Shown in pieces: positions 1-7,937 of a stretch of 28,305 bases of DNA. Source of the DNA: Planctomycetaceae bacterium (GTDB lineage: Bacteria; Planctomycetota; Planctomycetia; Pirellulales; Thermoguttaceae). The stretch is from the NCBI GenBank assembly GCA_031276415.1, contig JAISNF010000396.1:1-28305 (forward strand). The letters run 5' to 3'. Below the pieces are notes generated by a model, which worked only from the letters and a program-made list of their open reading frames with translations, did not search any database and had not been told where the DNA came from. A program made the translations under genes and the position numbers. The first letter of the stretch is position 1; each line of letters starts with the position of its first letter.

Positions 1-13
1 TTAAATTTTCCAT
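1..13 (-). CDS. 5' end of a gene running off the left edge (M-E-N-L...), product unknown
   Basis: The minus strand has AAAGGAG (complement of 21-27) 7 nt before ATG at 13-11, with an alternative in-frame ATG at 16-14. There is no stop before the window edge, and a matching promoter candidate lies at 121-148. Confidence 0.5.
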
Positions 14-120
14 CATCAATCTCCTTTGCAAAATTTCCTAATTTCTTAAAATAACCGCCAACACGTTTACCGAGAAACAACTCGGCAAGAAATAACGCAT
101 TGTGGTCGAATCAGTTTCAA

Positions 121-148
121 AGCGTATCATAACTTCCGTCAGTGTCAA
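121..148 (-). promoter_or_regulatory. Putative sigma70-type promoter for the left-edge gene
   Basis: The minus strand reads TTGACA (148-143), a 16-nt spacer ending in TGA, then TACGCT (126-121). This is a perfect -35 plus a TGn-extended TAnnnT -10. Confidence 0.45.
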
Positions 149-254
149 TAGGGGGGATATTTTCTTTTTTTCTCGGATTTGTAAATATTCGGCAAAATTC
201 TTGAAAAATAATCAATTTATTTTGTTTATGACGGGAAAATCGAATTAACATCAA

Positions 255-415
255 CCGTTGCGGCGTTTCGCCGAAACATCGCCTACCTAATGATTACAAA
301 CTCACAAGGTAGGTAATGTTTCGACAATAAATGTAGGATAAACTTGCCCCCTTGTGGGTCACATATTTATAGAACAAACGGAATTTTTATTTATATTTGA
401 CCCCTTGCGGGGTCA
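255..415. repeat. Cluster of two inverted REP-like doublets (REPIN/BIME-like)
   Basis: Pair 1 is 255-288 (ccgttgcggcgtttcgccgaaacatcgcctacct), inverted relative to 307-323 (aggtaggtaatgtttcg); the unit is GTAG plus an imperfect palindrome, and a homologue is at 9528-9562. Pair 2 is gcccccttgtgggtcacatatttatag (~346-372), inverted relative to tatatttgaccccttgcggggtca (~392-415). Confidence 0.65.
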
Positions 416-510
416 GATTTAATGGCGAGTTTCGCAATGCGGAATTATAAATGGTTTTGGCAATTCGTTTTTCGTTTTTCCGTAGTTCCCAAAATTGATC
501 TCTGTAGCAA

Positions 511-554
511 AAAATAACATAGACAGTTATCATTGTTACTGTCTATGTTATTTT
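511..554. other. Perfect 17-bp inverted repeat (terminator-like or operator)
   Basis: aaaataacatagacagt (511-527), a 10-nt loop, then actgtctatgttatttt (538-554). It lies between divergent genes. Confidence 0.6.
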
Positions 555-596
555 ATCAACAATTATGCTATTTTGTCTTGTTTGTCCAAATTCCTG

Positions 597-625
597 TTGA
601 CAGTTGTCAATATATGGATTATTTT
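597..625 (+). promoter_or_regulatory. Putative sigma70 promoter of the HzsA-like gene, with a dyad overlapping the -35
   Basis: TTGACA (597-602), N17, TATTTT (620-625). The -35 is the left half of the dyad TTGACA-GT-TGTCAA (597-610). Confidence 0.5.
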
Positions 626-725
626 AATACGATAATCATTGTACGGTAATAAACAAAATAGGAATATATCTGTTTTGTTTATCCGTTATGTAATAATTTA
701 GTTACTCTTTTTACTGTAAAATACC

Positions 726-3700
726 ATGTTAAAATTAAATTATTGTTGCTGTTTTTTTACATTGTTTGCAAGTTATTGTTTAGTGTTTTCTCTAATCCAA
801 CCGGAATTTTGTTTCGTTTCAGCGGACGAGGTATTGGAGAAAATTCTTGCAATGCCGCCGGTTGATTCGACGGCAGAATGGATTGAAAATTTTAGCCGTT
901 ATGACGGCGATTGGGCGGTTGACGGTAACGGCGTGATTACCGGAAACGGCTCTGGAAAACTTGTTTATAATAACGAAACGTTTCAAAATTTAACCGACGG
1001 CGAAATGTCTGTTGATATGTTTCTGCCCGAAACAGATAAAAAATCGTACCGTAACGCCGGAATCATTTTGAAAATCAGCGAACCGGGCAGCGGATCCGAC
1101 GCTTTTATCGGTTACGAAATTGCAGTGAGTCCGGAAAATCATCATGTCAATATCGGTTTACATCGTCATAATTATCAGCCGATTAAACAATCGGCTTGCG
1201 ATGTTCCTACTGGAAAATGGTTGACGTTGCATGTTCTTTTTAACGCAACTTCATTTGATGTACGGCTTGACGGAAAAACTGTTGCAAAATATGAGGACAA
1301 AACGTCCGGTCTTGTTCGTTCAGGCGGAATCGCTTTGCGAACCTGGCAACGTTCCGCTCAATACCGTAACTTGAAAATTAAAAAAGACGGCAATGATTGG
1401 GTTGCTGTTCCTTTCCGTTCACCGCAACAAATTAAAAAGGAAATCGCATGGGCTTCGACATTGGAAACGAAAAATCTTCCGCCCATTCTTTTTGTAACGC
1501 GTCATCCGTTCACACGTCCTCACTCTGTTGGTAACGATATTTGGATGGGAAAACCAATCGCAGCGGGGTGTTCTATTCGGTTGATGGAACCCGCACAGCC
1601 TGAAAAAGAAATCCGTACAATATTTTCTGATCCTGACGGGTGTATTTATGATATGAATCTTTCTGCGGATGCCAAAACTATTTATTTTTCGTATCGTCAA
1701 CGCGGTGAGAATTTTTGGCATCTTTGGTGTATTGGGGTTGACGGCAATGGATTACGGCAATTGACAAGCGGTCAGTATCATGATGTCAGTCCTTGTGAAA
1801 CGCCGGCGGGCGATTTGATTTTTGTTTCAACAAGGCGTTTTGGTTACACCGTTTGTCAGCCGGGTCCGTCATCAAATTTACATCGTTTACAAAATTTTGC
1901 GCCGGGTCAAAGTCCGGTTATTTCTTGTATCAGTATGAACACGCTTTCTGATTTTAGTCCGCAAATGATGTCCAACGGGCGTGTTCTGTTTACTCGCTGG
2001 GAATATATTGATCGTGATTTAACGTTTCGCCAGAGTTTATGGACGGAAAATCCTGACGGAACAGGTTATCAATTGTTTTTCGGTAACACAATACGTGATG
2101 TCGGAACATTTTGGCAAGCCCGTCAGATTCCCGAACAACGCGATCTTCTTCTCGCAACTTTCGCTCCGCATCACGGTTATCCACACGGAATGATTGGTCT
2201 GATTGATCGTAGCGCAGGTATCGAAGGTGCCAAAGGAAAAGGATTTATTTATGTTACGAAAGATGTTCCCAGTGTTGGCGACCGAAATTTTCCTTGGGGT
2301 TATCGTGATCCGTTTCCGCTTTCCGACGAACAATTTTTGTGCAGTTACGGCGATGGTACGGGTTATTACCGTGACGGGAAAAAGCGGTTTGCTTTATATT
2401 TGTTGAACAGAAATGGCGAAAAACGCTTGATTTTTGAGGACAAAGAGCAAAGTTGTTTTTTTCCCATGCCGTTGACAACTGCTCCGGCAAGAGCGTTGGT
2501 TGTTGACCGTGTTCAACCAACAACACCGCAAGAACTCAACAATCCCGGTAACAAAATTCCTACCGGAACATTAATTTTAATGAATGTCAACGAAGGACTT
2601 CAAGGGCTTGTTGAACCGGGAAAAATTGTTGCGTTAAGAATTATGGAACAAATTCGTAAAACGGAAGACCTTGTCAATCGGGCTTACGATCAATCTCCGG
2701 TGATGAGTTACGGGACTTATTACGCCAAACGCGATTGGGGAACGGTTTCTATTGAAACGGATGGTTCGGCGCATTTTGTTGTTCCGGCGTTACGTGAAAT
2801 TTATCTGCAAGGGCTTGATTCGGAAGGGCGTGAAGTTTTTAGGATGATGTCGGCTCTTCAGGTGATGCCGGGCGAACAATTGAGTTGTACAGGTTGTCAC
2901 GAAAATCGTGATGCGGCTCCCGTTCCCTTTACTCAAATACCAATTGCCGCACGAAAAGCCCCTGTTGTTCCGAAAAGTCCTGATTGGTTGTTGAAACGAA
3001 AACGGCTCAATGAATTTCCTGATGAGCGTGTTTTTGATTATCCAACGGTTATTCAGCCGGTTCTTGATAAATATTGTGTTTCGTGTCACAATGGCGAAAA
3101 AGCCGAAGCCGGTTACGATTTAACAGGCGGTAAAACGCGGTTCTTCAGTGTTTCTTACGATCATCTTCTTGGAACAAGCCGTTCTTATCGGCAGCATAAT
3201 ATGGAAACGGGAAAAATGTTACAGGAAGAAGCCGCCAAAGGAAAACCGCTTGTACATTTTTTCTGGTTGCTTATGACGCCGTCTTCTGTGAGTGAGCCGT
3301 ATATTACCGGTTCGTATGCCGGCAGGTTGACGGAAATTATTGAATCGGATCACGGCGGAATCGATATGACATTGGAAGATCGGCAAAAAATTTATTATTG
3401 GATGGATGCTAATGTTCCGTATTATGGAACTTACGCACATGCTCGTCCCAATGCTGCGGGTCGGCGTGATCGTTTTGCCGATCCTATTTCGGGACAATAT
3501 TCATCGTGGTTTTCGCAACGTTTTCTCGAAGTCTATAATCGCCGATGTACAGAATGTCATGGTTCATTTGATCAACCGCAACATCGTGATTGGATTGGGC
3601 GATATGCCTGGATCAATTTGGATAATCCGAAACAAAGTGCCGCCTTAACCGCTCACCTCGTTCCAACATCAGGCGGTCGCGGAATTGCTGCGGTGAAGGG

Positions 3701-3866
3701 AATCAAACGAACTGTTACGGAATTATCGGATCAACTTCTTTTTTTGAACACAAAAGATGCCGATTACGTCAAAATGTGCAACGCTATTGAAGAAGGAAAA
3801 CGAATCATGCTTGAAAATCCTGAAGCCGACATGACTGATTTCAAAAAAACACGACCGGAACCATAA
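726..3866 (+). CDS. Secreted multiheme c-type protein of the hydrazine synthase alpha-like (HzsA-like) family: signal peptide, DUF1080-like lectin-fold domain, TolB-like beta-propeller, HZS-alpha middle domain and 3 CxxCH motifs
   Basis: 1046-aa ORF with a hydrophobic N-terminus ending VSA|DE. It has a DUF1080-like segment (GKWLTLHVLFNATSFDVRLDGK...GGIALRTWQRSAQYRNLKIK) and propeller motifs (LSADAKTIYFS, LRQLTSGQYHDVSP, GRVLFTRWEYID). The HZS-alpha-like segment is DGSAHFVVPA...IYLQGLDSEG...VMPGEQLSCTGCHE. Heme motifs: CTGCH (2886-2900), CVSCH (3075-3089), CTECH (3546-3560). Confidence 0.8.
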   Translation: MLKLNYCCCFFTLFASYCLVFSLIQPEFCFVSADEVLEKILAMPPVDSTAEWIENFSRYDGDWAVDGNGVITGNGSGKLVYNNETFQNLTDGEMSVDMFLPETDKKSYRNAGIILKISEPGSGSDAFIGYEIAVSPENHHVNIGLHRHNYQPIKQSACDVPTGKWLTLHVLFNATSFDVRLDGKTVAKYEDKTSGLVRSGGIALRTWQRSAQYRNLKIKKDGNDWVAVPFRSPQQIKKEIAWASTLETKNLPPILFVTRHPFTRPHSVGNDIWMGKPIAAGCSIRLMEPAQPEKEIRTIFSDPDGCIYDMNLSADAKTIYFSYRQRGENFWHLWCIGVDGNGLRQLTSGQYHDVSPCETPAGDLIFVSTRRFGYTVCQPGPSSNLHRLQNFAPGQSPVISCISMNTLSDFSPQMMSNGRVLFTRWEYIDRDLTFRQSLWTENPDGTGYQLFFGNTIRDVGTFWQARQIPEQRDLLLATFAPHHGYPHGMIGLIDRSAGIEGAKGKGFIYVTKDVPSVGDRNFPWGYRDPFPLSDEQFLCSYGDGTGYYRDGKKRFALYLLNRNGEKRLIFEDKEQSCFFPMPLTTAPARALVVDRVQPTTPQELNNPGNKIPTGTLILMNVNEGLQGLVEPGKIVALRIMEQIRKTEDLVNRAYDQSPVMSYGTYYAKRDWGTVSIETDGSAHFVVPALREIYLQGLDSEGREVFRMMSALQVMPGEQLSCTGCHENRDAAPVPFTQIPIAARKAPVVPKSPDWLLKRKRLNEFPDERVFDYPTVIQPVLDKYCVSCHNGEKAEAGYDLTGGKTRFFSVSYDHLLGTSRSYRQHNMETGKMLQEEAAKGKPLVHFFWLLMTPSSVSEPYITGSYAGRLTEIIESDHGGIDMTLEDRQKIYYWMDANVPYYGTYAHARPNAAGRRDRFADPISGQYSSWFSQRFLEVYNRRCTECHGSFDQPQHRDWIGRYAWINLDNPKQSAALTAHLVPTSGGRGIAAVKGIKRTVTELSDQLLFLNTKDADYVKMCNAIEEGKRIMLENPEADMTDFKKTRPEP

Positions 3867-3974
3867 TTGTCCGCAAAAGACACCAATAATTTTGTCCGCA
3901 GATTTCGCTAATGGACGCCGATTGTTTTTGTATTATAAAAATAATCAGCGATTATCTGCGAAATCTGCGGACAA
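3867..3974. repeat. TGTCCGCAG...CTGCGGACA palindromic element (family A, copy 1)
   Basis: Starts immediately after the stop codon and has ttgtccgca / tgcggacaa termini. It is near-identical to 7560-7648. Confidence 0.85.
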
Positions 3975-4143
3975 TTTTTTGTTGTTGAAACCAGACGGGA
4001 ATTTTTTTATGAGGTTATTGTTTTTACTATTTAATGTGATATGTTTATACATTCAATTTATCAATGAATTGAAACTTGTAATCGTTTCTGTTTTTTAGAT
4101 TTTCAAAAAAGTATTTAACCAATGTTTAACAAAAAGTTTTAAC

Positions 4144-7100
4144 ATGACACAAAAAAATTATTGTTTGTTTATTGGTTTATTGTTCTGTTTGTTATGTAAC
4201 GATTTTTTGTTTGCTTACACTTCCAACAAGGCGACTGTTGGAGTATTGACGGTTAATATTGAGAAACCGGATGTCATGCGAAAACTCAATGAACCGCTTA
4301 AAATCAAAACGATTTTCAAAAACAATGATAATATACCGCTTAACGTCAAGTTGACGTATTCAACAATTGAAACCATTGAGTTTATTGAAGCGGAAAATGA
4401 CAAGAAAAAATTGATTCAAACCATTGAAGTTCAGGCAAAAAGTGAAACAACTATTAATATTGCCGTAGTGGGAAGAACCGGAACGCTTTCTGTTCATTAT
4501 CCAATTTATCTTATCGCCGAATGGGAAATGGAAGGAGTTCCATCGAAAGCCGTTGTTGTTCAACCGTTTGAATCGACGATTACACCAAATCCGAATTGGC
4601 AAACCAATAATCCGCAACACGGTCAACTTATTGAAAATGTAACCGATTTAATACAAAATACAATTCCTGCTAATAACGGGCTTACATTTGCCGAACAACA
4701 ATCCGTATTGCTTAAAGAGTGTACGGAAACAATGAAAACCGGTAAGAAAATTTCAGAACGTACAAAAACTTTTCCGTTGGATGGCGGATTGCGTGCTGTT
4801 GTAACATTTGGCGAATATGGATTTATTGATGGAAAAATTGCGATTGGTTCACCGGAAAAATTTGTCGTGTACGATGGTATAAAGGTTTCTGTTAAAGAAA
4901 ATCAGTTTACCGTTTTTCCTACAATACTTGCCGCCGAAAAATGGATGCCGACGGACAATCAGACAACCGATGAAACACAGATCGGTAAACACATTGAAAA
5001 ATGTACCGAAAAATACACATGGACACAAAACATCAGCATCGGTAACGAAAAATCGGTGATGAAATATTCGCTTTGGAAAAACGGAGCGGCAATTCAATTT
5101 TCGGTTGATTGTTCCGAACCCGCATGGATTTCATCGGTTGAACTCGGAGCGGCAAATGTTGTAGCGGAAAGAGTTTATTTTGGTCACGGTTATTGTGTTG
5201 TCAAACCGAAAAAACGTTTTGTGATAAATGCCAACGGGACACGACTTTCAACATCGCATGTTGGTTTTGAATATCCATCTGGAATTGCTGTTCTCCAAGC
5301 ATCAACAACACCGCCGGTGAATTTAACCGTTGATCCTGAACAAAAAATCGCAACAATCGTAACTTGTTCCGGTACAATAATGACATTACTTCCCGGTATC
5401 AATGGAATGTTTGATTGTGCTATTCGGTATCGTCCGTTGAATCCCAAGAAAGCGGCTGCGGGTGTTAAAACAAAGGCGGGACGATTTTGTTTCGATATTT
5501 GGGGCGGAAGTTTCAAACGGCATCATGAAATAATTGACCACGCTATTCGATACGGTTTGACCGATTCACTTTTTATTGTTCATAGTTGGCAGCGTTACGG
5601 TTATGATAATCGTTTGCCGGATATTTGGCCTCCTCATTCTGGTACAGGAACACTTGCCGAAATGCAAGATGCATTGAAAAAATGTGATGAAGCCGGAATC
5701 TTGTACGGTTTGCATGATAATTATATTGATTTTTATCCTGATGCCGAAGGTTACAATATTGATCTTTTGTCCTTTGAACGTCATGGTCAACCGCGAAAAG
5801 CATGGCTCAATTCCAGTATTGATGCACGAAGTTATCAATTCCGTCCCGATAAATTCAAACAATTTTTGAAACGAAATATTGGGCTGATGACTCCAGAACT
5901 TCCGCAAACGTGTTATTTTGTCGATGTTTTTTCTTCTGAACCGCCCATTGATTTTTATGACCGTTACGGAAATTTTCATACACGAAACGAAACATTGCAT
6001 TATTGGTGTGAATGTTTCGATATTATCCGTGAACATTTAACTCAAGCATCACGTCCTCGTCAAAATTTGTCTGATGAAAAACGCAACGAATTTTATGCTC
6101 CGACAATTAGTGAATCGGGAAATGATTTTTTGATTGGGCATCTTGACGGGGCTGATTGCGGATTTTCTTATCTCAGTAAATATCCGGGTTCGTTTCACAT
6201 GTACATTCCCTGTGAAGACAAGGAACGCGTTCCTTGGTTTGATGCCGTGAATCACACAACGTTTTCGTTACATGGAGCCGGTTATAGTAACCGTTTTGAA
6301 AATGGACGCGGTCGGTTATTGCACGGAATTGAAAGTGACAATTATATTGCAACTGAAATACTGACCGGACATCCGCCAATGGTTGATCTTGGTTGTGCAA
6401 CACGCGGGGCTGTACGAAAATATTGGTTGCTTCAACCAATATTGCGGGAACTTGCTGATTGTGAAATTGATTCTGTTGAATATGTTGACGGTGATATTCA
6501 TCAGCAGAAAATTGTCTGGAAATCACAGGATGGTCAACGTACAACAATTGTCTATGTTAATCGTAGCGAAAACGATTGGATTTTGCCGGAAGTTGATCAA
6601 TTCAAAAATGTTGGAGCTCGGTGCCAATTTATTTTACCGCCGTATGGTTTTTTAGCAAACGGTTCTGGCGGGACAGCGTCAATTTTTCGGACTGAAGAAG
6701 GTGGTGTTGCGGAATTTTCTTTGAGCAATTCAAAATTGTACGTTAATAGTCGTCAACAGACAATTGAAAAACTCTTACCAATTCGGGTTCGTTTAAAACA
6801 AAATTCGTTTCGTTATTTGGGTGATAATCGGTTTCAATGTGAAATTTCTTGGACGGCTAAGTTACCTGCTCCGCTGGATTATTCAATTTTTGTACATTTA
6901 GTTTCGGCAGACGGAAAAACCAGCAACAATAAAAATGAAGGAATCAAGGCAGTGTATGGTGTTCATAAGCCGAAACCTGTTACGGAATGGGACGATGAAA
7001 TTGTTACGCCAATGATTCCTGCAGGAATTGCAAACGATATTCCAGCGGGAAAATACCGTTTACTTGTTGGAATGTACGATTCACAAGGCAATGGTCATCG

Positions 7101-7506
7101 TGTCCGTTTGATAAGTAACGATAATGATAATTGCCGTTACTGTATTGGTGTTTTGAATATTGTTCGTGGAACGGATGGTAACATTTCCGATTTAACGTTG
7201 GAAGAAGAACAAGTGTTGAAGGGAATCGATGCCGAACTTCAAAACCGGTTGATGCCGCCGAAAAATCCTATTTTGTACGGAAATTTACTTACACGAGGAG
7301 CGTTTCTGTTGGAAGGCAATACATTAACACCGCTTCCCGACGAACCGGCAACAGAAGTTTCTGTACTTATCCCTGATGCGGATAAAATAAAAGTTGTTGC
7401 TATTGATAGCAACGATAAAAAAATTCGTGATGTTCCCTCCGTTTTCAAAGACGGCTTTTTAATTTTTACAACGGAAAAAGGCGAATTTCAGTACGTAATT
7501 GAATAA
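4144..7506 (+). CDS. Large secreted putative glycoside hydrolase (DUF5696 / GH129-GH101-like barrel) with accessory beta-sandwich domains
   Basis: 1120-aa ORF with signal peptide (...NDFLFA|YT). The central motifs HSWQRYGYDNRLPDIWP, YGLHDNYIDFYPDA, YFVDVFS and ISESGNDFLIGHLDG resemble GH129/GH101-type barrels. The C-terminal DYSIFVHLV...IPAGKYRLLVGMYD looks like an Ig-like module. The family call is from motif recall only. Confidence 0.55.
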   Translation: MTQKNYCLFIGLLFCLLCNDFLFAYTSNKATVGVLTVNIEKPDVMRKLNEPLKIKTIFKNNDNIPLNVKLTYSTIETIEFIEAENDKKKLIQTIEVQAKSETTINIAVVGRTGTLSVHYPIYLIAEWEMEGVPSKAVVVQPFESTITPNPNWQTNNPQHGQLIENVTDLIQNTIPANNGLTFAEQQSVLLKECTETMKTGKKISERTKTFPLDGGLRAVVTFGEYGFIDGKIAIGSPEKFVVYDGIKVSVKENQFTVFPTILAAEKWMPTDNQTTDETQIGKHIEKCTEKYTWTQNISIGNEKSVMKYSLWKNGAAIQFSVDCSEPAWISSVELGAANVVAERVYFGHGYCVVKPKKRFVINANGTRLSTSHVGFEYPSGIAVLQASTTPPVNLTVDPEQKIATIVTCSGTIMTLLPGINGMFDCAIRYRPLNPKKAAAGVKTKAGRFCFDIWGGSFKRHHEIIDHAIRYGLTDSLFIVHSWQRYGYDNRLPDIWPPHSGTGTLAEMQDALKKCDEAGILYGLHDNYIDFYPDAEGYNIDLLSFERHGQPRKAWLNSSIDARSYQFRPDKFKQFLKRNIGLMTPELPQTCYFVDVFSSEPPIDFYDRYGNFHTRNETLHYWCECFDIIREHLTQASRPRQNLSDEKRNEFYAPTISESGNDFLIGHLDGADCGFSYLSKYPGSFHMYIPCEDKERVPWFDAVNHTTFSLHGAGYSNRFENGRGRLLHGIESDNYIATEILTGHPPMVDLGCATRGAVRKYWLLQPILRELADCEIDSVEYVDGDIHQQKIVWKSQDGQRTTIVYVNRSENDWILPEVDQFKNVGARCQFILPPYGFLANGSGGTASIFRTEEGGVAEFSLSNSKLYVNSRQQTIEKLLPIRVRLKQNSFRYLGDNRFQCEISWTAKLPAPLDYSIFVHLVSADGKTSNNKNEGIKAVYGVHKPKPVTEWDDEIVTPMIPAGIANDIPAGKYRLLVGMYDSQGNGHRVRLISNDNDNCRYCIGVLNIVRGTDGNISDLTLEEEQVLKGIDAELQNRLMPPKNPILYGNLLTRGAFLLEGNTLTPLPDEPATEVSVLIPDADKIKVVAIDSNDKKIRDVPSVFKDGFLIFTTEKGEFQYVIE

Positions 7507-7515
7507 ATGTTTATA

Positions 7516-7811
7516 GTAACTCTATTTTCTTAGTCCCAGAAAACACTGAAATAAAAAATTTGTCCGCAGAAGATACCAATAATTTTGTCCGCCGATTGTT
7601 TTTGTATTATAAAAATAATCAGCGATTATCTGCGTAATCTGCGGACAAGTTTTTATCAGTGTGTATTTCATTGTTAAGAAAATAGGAAAAGTTAATAGTT
7701 AGTGGGGAATATTGAATAGTTGACGCAAGCGTATTATTTACCAAAATGTTTTTAATCCGCTTGCGTCAACTATTCAATATTCACTGCTCACTATTAACTT
7801 TCCTTAGTTAC
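7516..7811. mobile_element. Composite nested non-autonomous palindromic element (GTAAC...GTTAC shell holding a family A copy and a 120-bp hairpin)
   Basis: The left arm gtaactctattttcttag (7516-7533) pairs with taagaaaatag (7675-7685) plus agttac (7806-7811). A family A copy sits at 7560-7648. The 7686-7805 hairpin contains a perfect 25-bp IR (7707-7731 / 7758-7782). Confidence 0.65.
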
Positions 7812-7841
7812 TTGACATATTCCGGTTCGTTATTATATACT
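7812..7841 (+). promoter_or_regulatory. Putative sigma70 promoter of xylB
   Basis: TTGACA (7812-7817), N18, TATACT (7836-7841), about 100 nt upstream of the xylB ATG. Confidence 0.6.
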
Positions 7842-7937
7842 GTTTATGTTTTAGATGTTGTAACCGGCGTGGTTTTCATCGAACAAATTGAATAACACAA
7901 ATAATAAAATACCGTACATGATTGCGGTTTCCGAACT

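Noticed and set aside
151-156. G6 tract next to the left-edge promoter as a phase-variation site
   Set aside because: The run is too short and lies outside the -35/-10 spacer.
582-610. Back-to-back divergent promoter using TGTCAA (605-610) as a minus-strand -35
   Set aside because: There is no TAnnnT hexamer at 16-18-nt spacing on the minus strand.
726-824. Cys-rich signal peptides (also in the GH, TPR and esterase genes) as a special sorting signal
   Set aside because: There is no consistent lipobox or spacing, and T-rich TGT/TTT codon use in an AT-rich genome is enough to explain it.
726-3866. Anammox (hydrazine synthase) function
   Set aside because: There are no hzsB/hzsC neighbours, it carries an extra DUF1080-like domain, and the context is carbohydrate-related. 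HzsA-like homologues are known outside anammox bacteria.
3892-4098. Small ORFs inside repeat elements (also 15829-16011, 16792-16986, 27686-27934)
   Set aside because: They are translations of palindromic repeat DNA, with low-complexity F/L/I/K composition and no RBS or family motif.
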